Source of the DNA: Caldisphaera sp. | Lineage (GTDB): Archaea; Thermoproteota; Thermoprotei_A; Sulfolobales; Acidilobaceae | Reading direction: 5' to 3' | Length of the DNA: 64,000 bases | Assembly (NCBI GenBank): GCA_049971805.1 | Contig: JBMFKU010000006.1 | Span: forward strand, 1-64,000 | Part shown: positions 9,489-19,718 of the stretch, piece after piece | Layout of the letters: each line of letters opens with the position of its first letter | How positions within the stretch are numbered: the first letter of the stretch is position 1 | Position numbers and translations under genes: made by a program | The notes under the pieces: generated by a model | What the model saw: only the letters and a program-made list of their open reading frames with translations | What the model was told of the DNA's origin: nothing | The model's database searches: none

Positions 9489-9865
9489 CTTTCTTTACCT
9501 TTTATATACAGATAAACAAACTTTTTATTTTTTGATTCAACAACTATTGAATCTCTTTTCCTCATAGAATCTGCAGACACATACATAGCATATATGGAAG
9601 CAGCTAATATTGCAAACATAGATAGTGACAATATAAAATTAAGATCCCTAGGTAAATCATAAATTTTCCATGGCGGTAAATAAATTATTATTAAAATTGC
9701 TATTAAAAAGAAAAAGAAAAAAGCCAAGATTGATCTAAAAAAGTTAATTCTTTTCTTTTCAATCTTTATATCAGCGTTTGAAAATTCAATTCTTTTTCCA
9801 TCAATAAGCGTAATAACTACCTTATCATCATACTTTTCATAGGATACAGCTAAACCATCAACCAT
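9485..9865 (-). CDS. Hypothetical membrane protein (2 TM)
   Basis: Two hydrophobic segments; co-oriented with lplAB. Confidence 0.6.
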   Translation of the reverse strand: MVDGLAVSYEKYDDKVVITLIDGKRIEFSNADIKIEKKRINFFRSILAFFFFFLIAILIIIYLPPWKIYDLPRDLNFILSLSMFAILAASIYAMYVSADSMRKRDSIVVESKNKKFVYLYIKGKES

Positions 9866-9871
9866 ATGCCA

Positions 9872-10717
9872 TCATCTTTTGCATATTTTATTTATCTCAT
9901 CTTCAACTCTAGTAAATATTAGATGCTGGGCTCTTTCCATATTCCACTCCTCTTTTCTATATTTTTCTTCATATAATAAATTTGCAATTTCTATTTCTTC
10001 TTTGCTTGGCAATTCATAAATAACACCATTAAAATTTAGAAGCTTTCTATAAGATTCCACCATGGAATTTATTATTTCTTCAACTTTAATAGAATCATTT
10101 ATATCAAAGAGGTTTGTCACTCTATATTTTACATTGCTAATCCCTTTATCGATCAGTTTCTTTTGAGATACCTTTAAAACACTTGAAAGCTTTTCAATAT
10201 CAGTTTTCAATAACATTGCTCCATGAAAGAAAATTGAATTCCAAGAGATGCTTGCAGCAGTTCCGCTAACCTTTCTGTTATTTACTACAATATCATTTAT
10301 ATTTTCAACTCTTGCATTGAAGCCCAAGCTATTTAAGGCATTTATTGGTCCTTTTATTAATTCATTAAAAATATAATCAACTGGACTTAAAGATTTAGCC
10401 CTATCATGTGAAACAACTATTGAATAATTTAAATTTCCTAAATCATGATAAACTGCTCCACCACCGGTCGGTCTTCTAACTAATGATGCATCTATCTTCT
10501 TTAAATAATTAATATTAACTTCCTCATCAGCTCTTTGGAAATACCCTATTATTACAGCATTTTTATTTCTAAAAAATCTCAAGGTATCAGGTATTATATT
10601 ACAACCCCTTGCTCTTGCTAATGCTTCTTCAAATGCTATGTTAAAATATGCATCGTGAGGTGTTTCAAACATCAAAACCCTTAAATAATTCATAAGTCTC
10701 ATGCCTCTAAAGAACAC
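9872..10717 (-). CDS. lplA: Lipoate-protein ligase A, catalytic subunit
   Basis: RRPTGGGAVYHDLGNLNYS, NDIVVNNRKVSGTA, HGAML. Confidence 0.92.
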   Translation of the reverse strand: MFFRGMRLMNYLRVLMFETPHDAYFNIAFEEALARARGCNIIPDTLRFFRNKNAVIIGYFQRADEEVNINYLKKIDASLVRRPTGGGAVYHDLGNLNYSIVVSHDRAKSLSPVDYIFNELIKGPINALNSLGFNARVENINDIVVNNRKVSGTAASISWNSIFFHGAMLLKTDIEKLSSVLKVSQKKLIDKGISNVKYRVTNLFDINDSIKVEEIINSMVESYRKLLNFNGVIYELPSKEEIEIANLLYEEKYRKEEWNMERAQHLIFTRVEDEINKICKR

Positions 10718-10968
10718 ATAATTACATCAAGAAAGTCATCTATTGTTGATCCTAACAAATTAGCATTTTTAAGAATTTCATTTAAAACATTTCTTATATC
10801 TTCTTTTCTTGAGTTTACACCGATCAATTTCTTTTCAAGCTCCCATATCACATCTTCAGGAAATACCATAAAATCACCTGTTATGGAGATATTTTTAATT
10901 TTGTTATCATCTTTTTTAGCTATTACTCTTATTAACCCTTTTTTAGCTTTAACTTCACATTCTCCCAT
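10699..10968 (-). CDS. lplB: Lipoate-protein ligase accessory subunit (LplB)
   Basis: KAKKGLIRV...ISITGDFMVFPE..IWELEKKLIG; adjacent to lplA. Confidence 0.85.
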   Translation of the reverse strand: MGECEVKAKKGLIRVIAKKDDNKIKNISITGDFMVFPEDVIWELEKKLIGVNSRKEDIRNVLNEILKNANLLGSTIDDFLDVIMCSLEA

Positions 10969-11245
10969 CTAATCCACCAATTGAAAATTAGAATTCTTGC
11001 CATAAAGGCTTTTTCTTTCATAACTTGAACCATTTTATATTTTATAAATTTATAAATTGTTTTAGCTTACCTATGTATAGAATTAACAAGCTCATATTAC
11101 TACCATCCTTTCTATCGTTTTTAATAAAATTTTATAAAAATTATAAATTTTGGAATAACTTATGTATAGTATTTCATTATTTTAAATTAATTTTAAATCA
11201 TTAAGCATAAAGCTTATATTTGTACACCTAAAACTAATAATAACT

Positions 11246-11371
11246 GCCTGGCTCGGCCATAGTTGCCGGGCAACACCCGGACTCATATCGAACCCGGAAG
11301 TTAAGCCGGCCACGTTGGGTTCGCCAGTGAGCTCCGAAAGGGCTCGCAGGCTTCCCAAGCCGAGGCCAGGC
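11246..11371 (+). rRNA. rrf: 5S rRNA (stand-alone)
   Basis: CGGCCATAG..CGGGCAACACCCGGACTCATATCGAACCCGGAAGTTAAGCC is the archaeal 5S signature; terminal helix GCCTGG/CCAGGC; T tract follows. Confidence 0.95.
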
Positions 11372-11385
11372 TTTTGGTAATAAAT

Positions 11386-11712
11386 ATGGACAAAAATGAA
11401 ATATATGAAAATGTATATGATATTTTGCAATTAATACCTTTAGGTTATGTAACAACATACAAATGCTTAGCAGATTTCCTTAGAGTACATCAAAGAACTA
11501 TAGCGGCAGCTCTAAGAAACAATAAAAGGCATTTTATCATTCCTTGCCATAGAGTTATAAAGAGTAATGGAGACCTTGCTGGGTATACACCTTATGGAAG
11601 AGAAGCTAAAAAAATATTACTTATATCAGAAGGGGTTGAAATAATAGGGAATAAGGTTAGTGAAAAACATATAATAAGGAATCTGTCAAAATTTTTAGAA
11701 AACTATTATTAA
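11386..11712 (+). CDS. ogt: Methylated-DNA-protein cysteine methyltransferase (MGMT family)
   Basis: IPLGYVTTY, IIPCHRVIKSNGDLAGY, LISEG. Confidence 0.9.
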   Translation: MDKNEIYENVYDILQLIPLGYVTTYKCLADFLRVHQRTIAAALRNNKRHFIIPCHRVIKSNGDLAGYTPYGREAKKILLISEGVEIIGNKVSEKHIIRNLSKFLENYY

Positions 11713-11951
11713 TATCTTTTAGAAAAAGTAAACTTAATATCTTTTTGATTTAATCTATCAATATTCATCTCTATAGATCTTATCTTAGAGAATTCATATG
11801 CTATCATTGTTGCGCATCTCCAAGAATCCATTATTACTTCAATTTTTTCTCCAATATTTAACTTACTTATAAGTCTTGTAACTAATATATATCCTTCTGG
11901 ACAATCCCTTCCTCTATAATCATATTCTTGTTTACTCATAATATATCCCAT
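11709..11951 (-). CDS. TusA/SirA-family sulfur carrier
   Basis: DYRGRDCPEG motif; GEKIEVIMD. Confidence 0.7.
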   Translation of the reverse strand: MGYIMSKQEYDYRGRDCPEGYILVTRLISKLNIGEKIEVIMDSWRCATMIAYEFSKIRSIEMNIDRLNQKDIKFTFSKRY

Positions 11952-12037
11952 TTTTATATGTAGAGAATGTATTTAAATTATCATATAGATTTTTTATAGA
12001 AGATTAGCAACTAAATAGCAAAGCAAAAATTATTCAA

Positions 12038-12382
12038 TTATGATGGAAACATTACATTTTCAATTATATATTCTAATAGCCTTATATTATCATTAGGATT
12101 TAACAATCTATTTATATTTGTTAAAAGGTCCCCCTTTATCAATTCTTTGCAGTCAACAAAATTAAAATATGTATTATCAATCTCAATAAAAAAGCCTGCT
12201 CCATTATTATTAAAAAACATATAATAGACCTTACTTATATCTTTTGAAACCCCTGTAAGTAAAACATTTGGCATGATAACTCTAAAGTTATCCTTTTGCT
12301 CACCTATTATATTAGGTAATCCATGCTTACATAACAACCATCTTGAACCACAATCATCGGATTTTTTCTCCTCGCAATCCAT
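12038..12382 (-). CDS. Hypothetical protein
   Basis: 114-aa ORF with GGTG RBS; no recognised motif. Confidence 0.55.
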   Translation of the reverse strand: MDCEEKKSDDCGSRWLLCKHGLPNIIGEQKDNFRVIMPNVLLTGVSKDISKVYYMFFNNNGAGFFIEIDNTYFNFVDCKELIKGDLLTNINRLLNPNDNIRLLEYIIENVMFPS

Positions 12383-12449
12383 AAAGTAACACCTATTAAT
12401 AAATTATTTTTAGAGGTTTATTAATCCCTTTTAATAAGATACTTTTTGG

Positions 12450-13526
12450 GTGTGCAGACGCATGAAATTTTTAAGGTGCAAGCCAGAACAGGTTCCAACT
12501 GGGGTTGGTAAAAAAGTAGCTATAATTGGAGCAGGTACAGCAGGTCTTGGTGCTGCAGGTATTTTAAGATGTAAAGGATATCAGGTTACAATTTATGATA
12601 TGCTACCAGAACCTGGAGGTATGCTAATATTTGGAATTCATGTCTATAGAATACCAAAGCCGCCTGTTAGAGAAGGAATAAAGGAGCTAATGGATGCCGG
12701 GGTTGAATTCGTTCTTAATACCAAAATAAATGCGAATGTAAGCTATGGTTTGATGGACAAAATAATAAGTCCAAGCCATTCAGTAGATCTGGAGGATATA
12801 ATTAAAGACCATGATGCAACATTAATTGCTACAGGGACATGGGAAAGCAGTAGAATGAAAGTTCCAGGAGAAGACTTACCTTGGGTATTCCCTTCAATGG
12901 AATTTATAATTGCTACACATCTTGCAAAGTTTGGTTACAAATCTTGGGATATAGTCCCAAACATATCTGGAAAGCTAATGGTTATTGGAGGGGGATATAC
13001 TGCTGAGGATGCAGCATATATACCAATAACATACGATGAATTTAAGAACAAGATAAGCAAGGTTATACTATCATACAGAAGGAGCAGAAAAGAAGCTCCT
13101 ATGGGAGTTATGGAAATGAATAATATAGAAGCAGCAGGAGTTGAGATATGGGAACTAACAGTTCCTACAGAATTTAAAGAGGTAAACAGTAAAAGAATAG
13201 TAAGATTGATAAGAAATACTCTAGTTCATGCACCTGGGGAAAAGAGGCCAAAACCAGTTCCAATACCTGGTAGCGAATTTGAAACAGAGATTAATTTTGC
13301 ATCAAAGGCTGTAGGAGAAAAGCCAACAGCACCTCTAACAAACAATTGCTGCGGCATAACATTAACTGATTGGGGAACAATAGTTACTGATAAAAACCTA
13401 ATGACAACAAGAAAAGGAGTATTTGCAGCAGGTGATGTAGTCCACGGTCCAAGCCAGCTAGGTCCTGCATTAAAGAGCGGTATGGATGCAGCAAATGCCA
13501 TAATGAGATATCTTTCTTCACTTTAA
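12450..13526 (+). CDS. GltD/SudA-like FAD/NAD(P)H oxidoreductase (stand-alone, lacking the N-terminal Fe-S domain)
   Basis: IIGAGTAG, PGGMLIFGI..YRIPK, IATGT, IGGGYTAEDAA, YRR, GVFAAGDVVHGP. Confidence 0.85.
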   Translation: MCRRMKFLRCKPEQVPTGVGKKVAIIGAGTAGLGAAGILRCKGYQVTIYDMLPEPGGMLIFGIHVYRIPKPPVREGIKELMDAGVEFVLNTKINANVSYGLMDKIISPSHSVDLEDIIKDHDATLIATGTWESSRMKVPGEDLPWVFPSMEFIIATHLAKFGYKSWDIVPNISGKLMVIGGGYTAEDAAYIPITYDEFKNKISKVILSYRRSRKEAPMGVMEMNNIEAAGVEIWELTVPTEFKEVNSKRIVRLIRNTLVHAPGEKRPKPVPIPGSEFETEINFASKAVGEKPTAPLTNNCCGITLTDWGTIVTDKNLMTTRKGVFAAGDVVHGPSQLGPALKSGMDAANAIMRYLSSL

Positions 13527-14281
13527 AAAACACTATTCAACAGTCCACCATCAAAAGGTATTGAAGCTCCGCTCACATAAGTATTTTTGGCTATTAAGTA
13601 GTTAACAAGATCTCCTATTTCTTCTGGCTTAGCCATCCTTTTTAATGGAATTTCAAATTCGATTTCTTTTATTATATCTTTCTTATCTTTCCCTTCTTTT
13701 TTAGTTTTAGAATTTACGACCTCCTCAACCCTTTCAGTTTCTATCCATCCAGGCATTATCATATTAACCTTTATCCCATATTTACCTAATTCTTTAGATA
13801 GGCTTTTAGTTAATCCTGCTAAAGAAATCCTTACTACATTACTTAATATTAAATTTTCTTGAGGTTCCTTTATAGCAAAGCTGCTCAAATATACATAAGA
13901 CCCTTTACTTTCTTTTATATATGGTAAAGAAATTTTTGTAATCCATACAGCACTTAAAAGTAATGATTTAACTGCTTCGTCCCACGCTTCTATTGGTGTA
14001 TCTTCAAAATTACCTGGTTTTGGAGGAGGAGCCACATAAACTAATGCATCAAGCCCCTTCAATATATTAATTGATTCATCAACAAGATTTTTTATATCGT
14101 TTATATTTCTCAAATCTGCAAGGATTCCATGTATTTTACCATAGCTTTTCAGGCTATCCAAAGCACTTTCTAGGTTCCTTTCATTATGTCCAGAAATAAC
14201 TACATCATTTCCATTTTCTAACAAAACCTTTGAAATACCATAGCCTATCCCTTTAGTCGAAGCTGTAACTATAATTTTCAT
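13523..14281 (-). CDS. SDR-family oxidoreductase
   Basis: TASTKGIG, SNVVR, PGWIET, DGG. Confidence 0.9.
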   Translation of the reverse strand: MKIIVTASTKGIGYGISKVLLENGNDVVISGHNERNLESALDSLKSYGKIHGILADLRNINDIKNLVDESINILKGLDALVYVAPPPKPGNFEDTPIEAWDEAVKSLLLSAVWITKISLPYIKESKGSYVYLSSFAIKEPQENLILSNVVRISLAGLTKSLSKELGKYGIKVNMIMPGWIETERVEEVVNSKTKKEGKDKKDIIKEIEFEIPLKRMAKPEEIGDLVNYLIAKNTYVSGASIPFDGGLLNSVF

Positions 14282-14768
14282 TTAGAGCACCAATAAAAAA
14301 GTTAAATGCAAAAATTATAAGTTTTGGTAGAATTGGGTTTTTAATATCTCTTTCCGCCTTATCCCGGTTTACTAAATCCCACTATTTGTCTCTACATAGT
14401 TATGTCTATCGTTTTTATATTGAATATAATATAGATACTCAAACGCATCAGATGCAAGCAATAGAACTAAATCATACTGTTATGGTTTTTACTAATGTTA
14501 TTTTTAAGATATCCTGTTACGGATCAAAGCTAATATTGCCCAACTGACCCCTTCAACAAGTTTGCTGCTTTTCAAAAAACCTTTTTCTTGCATTTAATAG
14601 CTAGGAAGATGCTTATCTTATATTGGTAGAGCATACATATTTGATAGGAAAAAGATTTAAATGAATTATATAAAACTTATCTTTAAGCAGCAATCTCTAA
14701 AAATAGGTTTTAAGCAATACATTAAATTAAGTACATAAACTAATTAAAATGTTATAAGAGAAATTATA

Positions 14769-14873
14769 CTATATAAGTATACTGTTTAATCCTTCTTGTA
14801 GTGCTATTTCATGAAGTTTTTTATCTGAAACAAGAAATGAATTTGCGCCTATATAGTTTGCTGACACAATCAC
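14769..14873 (-). pseudogene. C-terminal remnant of a VapC/PIN gene
   Basis: Minus-strand translation VIVSANYIGANSFLVSDKKLHEIALQEGLNSILI* matches PIN C-termini; the 5' part is missing. Confidence 0.6.
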
Positions 14874-14881
14874 TGTGAAGA

Positions 14882-14959
14882 TGAGTAGATTGCTAGAGCT
14901 AAGTTCCTATACTCAATCATAAGTTGAAATAAAATGATTGAAAGTGTAGAAACAAACTG
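14882..14959 (+). mobile_element. Degenerate TnpB-element right end, related to 56010-56100
   Basis: GAGCTAAGTTCCTATACTCAATCAT..AAAATGATTGAAAGTGTAGAAACAAACTG aligns with the reverse complement of 56010-56075. Confidence 0.7.
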
Positions 14960-15057
14960 TAACTCGTTATCTTTTATAGAATACCATTTTCATTGCCTTT
15001 TTATAGTATAATAGTAGATTTAAATCTAGATATAAACCTTCTCTTAATAAAAATTAT

Positions 15058-15819
15058 TTAAGACAATATATCCTTTGGCAAAAATATCTTATTGTTATTA
15101 AGATCCATTTCTTCCAATTCAATACCATATACATCCTTTAATATATTTTTATCTAACACATTCTTTGGAGAACCATATCTAACTATATTACCTTTTTTTA
15201 ATAAAATTACTTTATCGGCTATGTTTGCATAATAAATTTCATGTATTGCTAACACTATTGTTATATTATTTCTTTTTGATAAATCCCTAATCAAAGACAA
15301 AATTTTAGCCTGATTCGAAATATCCAAAAATGCAGTAGGTTCGTCTAATAGAAATACCTTTGGGTTTCTAGCAAAACCTCCTGCAAGCAAAACAAGTTTT
15401 TGTTCTCCACTACTGAGAGAACCAAATGGATTGTTCAAATGACCATTTAAATTAAATAAAGAGGCCCATTTTCTTATTTCATTCCTATTGTTTTTGCTGA
15501 AGAAGAATTTATTGTCATAAAGTTCTGCGAACATTACATCCTCTGCTGTAGCGTATGGATCTACAGTATAATTAGCTGGCAAATATGAGATATGTTTTCT
15601 AAATCTTTCGGGAGTATTACCATATAAAAATATATTACCATAACTTGGCTTTATTATACCAGCCAATATTTTTAACAAGGTTGATTTACCAACTCCGTTC
15701 GGACCTAATATAGCTAATATATTTCCCTCATCTAAATCAAAACTTATGTTATTTATTATTGCTCTGTCCTTAATTTTATATGTTAAGTTTGAAACAGATA
15801 TGCTCATTTTCATTACCAC
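15058..15819 (-). CDS. Iron-complex/cobalamin ABC transporter ATPase
   Basis: GPNGVGKS, LSSGEQ, LLDEPTAFLD. Confidence 0.9.
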   Translation of the reverse strand: MVMKMSISVSNLTYKIKDRAIINNISFDLDEGNILAILGPNGVGKSTLLKILAGIIKPSYGNIFLYGNTPERFRKHISYLPANYTVDPYATAEDVMFAELYDNKFFFSKNNRNEIRKWASLFNLNGHLNNPFGSLSSGEQKLVLLAGGFARNPKVFLLDEPTAFLDISNQAKILSLIRDLSKRNNITIVLAIHEIYYANIADKVILLKKGNIVRYGSPKNVLDKNILKDVYGIELEEMDLNNNKIFLPKDILS

Positions 15820-16809
15820 CTATAACTTTCCTTTATACTTTAGTGTTAAGTAAATCAAAACTGGAGCACCGAAAATGCTTGTGATAGCGGTTAGTGGAGC
15901 TTCGCTTGGATAAATAACTATTCTTGCAAGTACATCGCTAAATATGGCCAATAGGGAACCTGTTATTAAGCTCATAAATAACGCCTTTCCATAATTGCTT
16001 CCAACTATAAGCCTTGCCATCCAAGGTGCAGCTAATCCTATGAATCCAACTGGTCCTGCCATTGCTACAAGAGCAGAAGTTGATAGAGAAGTAACTATTA
16101 ATGAAACTATCCTGACCCTAAACACTCTTACGCCCAGGCTACTTGCTATATCTTCACCCAACATTAAAGAATTAATCGATTTCCAGAAATAAAACATTAT
16201 AAACAAGGATAATACAACAATAATTGTTGTTTTTTCAACTAAACCCATGGTAGAAAATGCAACACTTCCAAATAACCAAAACAATACTCCTGGAATCTTT
16301 GGGCCTAGCTTAATCATATAAATTGTTGTGATACCACTTAAGAAATATGATATGGATATACCCGCTATAATTACAGAAGTTGGAGATGATTTAAAAATTG
16401 CTGAAATTAATAATACAACTGCAAGGCTTGCTAAAGCACCCATTAGAGATGAAATATATAATTGATAAAAAGAAACATACCCAAAATATTCCGATAAAGT
16501 TACTCCCAATATTGCTCCAGAGCTAATTCCTAATAAAAATGGATCTGCTAATGGATTTTTTAAAGTATATTGCAATGTCAGTCCTGAGCTCGATAGCCCA
16601 ATCCCAAGAACCAGAGCTGCTAATGTTCTGGTTAATCTATAAAAAAGTATGTCCTCATAAACTGATGGTAATTTAACTCCAAAAAAGTATTGAAGGGCTT
16701 GATTTAAGCCCACTTTATTATAAGAGCCCACTGATAATGAAATAATAAATGATACCGGTAACAAAATTATTGTTAAAATTAAAAAAAATCTATTATTTAT
16801 CAATCTCAT
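15820..16809 (-). CDS. FecCD/BtuC-family ABC permease
   Basis: NPLADPFLLGISSGA, LGEDIASSLGV, GPVGFIGL. Confidence 0.92.
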   Translation of the reverse strand: MRLINNRFFLILTIILLPVSFIISLSVGSYNKVGLNQALQYFFGVKLPSVYEDILFYRLTRTLAALVLGIGLSSSGLTLQYTLKNPLADPFLLGISSGAILGVTLSEYFGYVSFYQLYISSLMGALASLAVVLLISAIFKSSPTSVIIAGISISYFLSGITTIYMIKLGPKIPGVLFWLFGSVAFSTMGLVEKTTIIVVLSLFIMFYFWKSINSLMLGEDIASSLGVRVFRVRIVSLIVTSLSTSALVAMAGPVGFIGLAAPWMARLIVGSNYGKALFMSLITGSLLAIFSDVLARIVIYPSEAPLTAITSIFGAPVLIYLTLKYKGKL

Positions 16810-16819
16810 TAAATCCTCC

Positions 16820-18058
16820 CTATGAAATGGAAGTTAAATTAAAATCATTTGGTGTAATAAGCTCTGGTACGCTGGTTATATTTAAAATGCTTGGGTGTGT
16901 TATAGAAACAAATAATTCTATACCTTGAACAACCATAGGTCCTGGCTCATTCAGATAGTCTTCATAATATCCACTTATTGCATATACTTTTCCATATTTT
17001 ATTGCTGATATGTTTTCATATGCATTTCCAATAGTTTGATTTAGCCAAAATATTAAATCGGACTCGTTTATTAACCCATAATTGCTATCAATTATAATTA
17101 TGCTCGGATTGGCTTTCAATAACTCCTCAGGACTAATTACTGGCCATCCAGACATATTAGAAAATGCGTTGTTATTGCCAGATAAAGTTATCATATCATT
17201 CTGAAAAGTTCCTCCTGCTGCTACATATGTAGGATTTATCCATAATAGATAGGAAACGTTTTGAGGTGTAACATTTTGAGTTAATTGCCTTATATATGAT
17301 ATTTCCTTAGAAATGTTTTCGACCAAATTAACTGCTTGATTTACATGACCTGTTGCCTTACCGACCATTATTATTGCCGTATATAAATCAGACAATGAAT
17401 TATAAGATGGGAGCAAAACCACCGGGATTCCATAATTCTTTAAAACTTGCGCCGTGGAAGAGAAACTCCATTGGTATGTCCCTATTACTAGATCAGGTCT
17501 TTCGGCTATAATTGTCTCTATATTTGGCCCTGAATATGTACTACCTATATTAACCAACTTACCTTCATTATATAGTGTTATTAGTTGCTTCTCAAAATTG
17601 GGCGGTAGATAATAAAAACTATCATTATCAACACCTATTAATTGATTTCCGGCTCCTATTGACAACAAGATCTCAGTACTTGCTGGATCCAACGAAATTA
17701 TTCTTTCTGGATAAGATGGTATTGTTACTGAAGTATTTGTTGCGTCAATTATTGTTACAGGAAAGTTTAGCTGATAAACCAATTGATTCAACTGCTTTTG
17801 CAAAGAATTTATTGAGCTGTAAGCACTACTGTTTAAATTATTAACCTTGCTTTCCAAAAATCCTATCTCATTGGCAAGATTTGCTATTTTATTGCTAAGT
17901 CCAGTCTGAGTTTCATTGCTTGCATGCAGTATTGTTGAGTTAAGGTTTATAACTTCTTTCTGAACTTCAGAATAAAGGGAAAGCATGGAATATCCAATTA
18001 TAGAAAATCCTATCACCATAATAACTATAATTGCTATTATTAACTTACTTGAATTCAT
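16820..18058 (-). CDS. BtuF/FecB-type substrate-binding protein with TM anchor and coiled-coil stalk
   Basis: FPVTIIDAT...PERIISLDPASTEIL, PDLVI, NEPGP. Confidence 0.88.
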   Translation of the reverse strand: MNSSKLIIAIIVIMVIGFSIIGYSMLSLYSEVQKEVINLNSTILHASNETQTGLSNKIANLANEIGFLESKVNNLNSSAYSSINSLQKQLNQLVYQLNFPVTIIDATNTSVTIPSYPERIISLDPASTEILLSIGAGNQLIGVDNDSFYYLPPNFEKQLITLYNEGKLVNIGSTYSGPNIETIIAERPDLVIGTYQWSFSSTAQVLKNYGIPVVLLPSYNSLSDLYTAIIMVGKATGHVNQAVNLVENISKEISYIRQLTQNVTPQNVSYLLWINPTYVAAGGTFQNDMITLSGNNNAFSNMSGWPVISPEELLKANPSIIIIDSNYGLINESDLIFWLNQTIGNAYENISAIKYGKVYAISGYYEDYLNEPGPMVVQGIELFVSITHPSILNITSVPELITPNDFNLTSIS

Positions 18059-18125
18059 TTTTCCTCTCCTGGATACCCTATCCAGTTGTTACTAGTTAAT
18101 AAATATTTCGCTATACTCTAATTTT

Positions 18126-19001
18126 GTGGTGTATACCGATTTGGAGAGGATTAATGAAGTTGCGTTAGAAATATCAAGAGAAAGGGTTAGGGGGGCTTCA
18201 TGGAGTTCAGAGGCTATGGCAAAAGCAATATTGAATGAAGCAAATAAAAACACAATATCATGCAAGGATATAGATATCATAACAAAAATTGTTACTGATG
18301 CAAACCCTTTAATGGGTAGTTTGTACAATTTATCTTTAATAATGCAAAATGCTTGTAATCAAGGAAAAACACTAGAATGGGCTACAAATAAATTTTTATC
18401 ATACATGTCATGGGCAAGAAAATCTATTGTAGAGCATGCAGCTCAATTATTTAAAGAAGAAATAAATATATTTACAATGAGCAATAGCAGCAATATATTA
18501 GATGTAGTTGCAAGGTACAAAGAAAAGATAAACAAGGTATTAGTTGGAGAATCTCAGCCTGGTGGCGAAGGTGCATATTTTGCAACCCAAACAAAAAGCT
18601 TAGGAATTGATGTAGAGTTATATCCTGACTCGGCTGTTAGCTCTGCAATTGAGAAAAGTAATGTTATTCTTATTGGTGCAGATAACATAACAATTGATGG
18701 GTGTCTATTTAACAAAGTAGGAGCAAAAAATGTTGCAATAATAGCAGGCTATTATGGTAAACCTGTTATATCAGTTTTTGAGCCCTTTAAAATAAACCCA
18801 ATCATGAAATGTAATAATGAAATTGCATTAACTAGGTCATATCTTGTCGAAGGATTTGGCCAATTAACTTATCGCCTATTTGATGAACTGCCAAATAATT
18901 TAATAGATGGAATTTTAAGCGTGAACGGATTAACAGATGTTTCCCAAAGCAGCCTAAAATTTTTGCACGATTCTTTTGTTTCATGGTTTAACACCAACTA
19001 A
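18126..19001 (+). CDS. eIF-2B alpha/beta/delta-family protein (aIF-2B/R15P isomerase-like)
   Basis: RGAS, NPLMGSL, ESQPGGEG, IGADNI, NKVG. Confidence 0.8.
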   Translation: MVYTDLERINEVALEISRERVRGASWSSEAMAKAILNEANKNTISCKDIDIITKIVTDANPLMGSLYNLSLIMQNACNQGKTLEWATNKFLSYMSWARKSIVEHAAQLFKEEINIFTMSNSSNILDVVARYKEKINKVLVGESQPGGEGAYFATQTKSLGIDVELYPDSAVSSAIEKSNVILIGADNITIDGCLFNKVGAKNVAIIAGYYGKPVISVFEPFKINPIMKCNNEIALTRSYLVEGFGQLTYRLFDELPNNLIDGILSVNGLTDVSQSSLKFLHDSFVSWFNTN

Positions 19002-19043
19002 ATTTATAAACCAATTCTAATATAACTATTAGAGTGGGTTAAT

Positions 19044-19718
19044 TTGACTTTAATAGTTGCAATAGATAGATCAAATACTGAAGATGGTAAAGATGTAATA
19101 TACATATTGTCTAATATTTGCAACATGGTTACAGGTATAAAGCTTGGTTTACCATTGCTTTTAAAGCACGATCTAACATTAATTAGTAAAATTAATGAAA
19201 TTTGTAAAAATAATTTAATTATTGCAGACTTAAAACTAGCAGATATAGGAGATGTAATGATAGAAACAGTTAAGATATTTAATTCCTATGTTAATGCATT
19301 TATTGCACACTCATTTATAGGAAAAAAAGACGCAATTTCGGATCTTAAAAATTATCTCGATAAACAAAACAAGAAACTAATATTAGTTGGATCTATGAGC
19401 CATAAAGGATCTGAGGAGATTTACGATAAGGAACTTGAAAACATAACAAAGTTAATAATTGATATAATGCCATGGGGTATTGTAGCACCTGCAACCAGAC
19501 CAGAAATAATAACATATTTTAGGAAAAGTATTGGAAGAGGAATAAAAATACTTTCTCCAGGTATTGGCATACAAGGAGCAAAACCTGGAGAAGCGTTATG
19601 CCATGGTGCAGATTTTGAAATTGTAGGTAGATACATAACAAATGCTCCAGACCCTAAAGAAGCAACTAAGGTATTAATCTATGAGCAAAAAAGAGGGTTA
19701 GATCAATGCAGGAAATGA
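19044..19718 (+). CDS. pyrF: Orotidine 5'-phosphate decarboxylase
   Basis: DLKLADIG, APATRPE, SPGIGIQG, IVGRYI. Confidence 0.95.
   Translation: MTLIVAIDRSNTEDGKDVIYILSNICNMVTGIKLGLPLLLKHDLTLISKINEICKNNLIIADLKLADIGDVMIETVKIFNSYVNAFIAHSFIGKKDAISDLKNYLDKQNKKLILVGSMSHKGSEEIYDKELENITKLIIDIMPWGIVAPATRPEIITYFRKSIGRGIKILSPGIGIQGAKPGEALCHGADFEIVGRYITNAPDPKEATKVLIYEQKRGLDQCRK

Noticed and set aside
11182-11458. Two minus-strand ORFs
   Set aside because: They overlap the 5S rRNA and ogt on the opposite strand.
14541-14553. 13-nt word CAACTGACCCCTT shared with the 39560-39630 hairpin
   Set aside because: No extended similarity; cannot be distinguished from chance.
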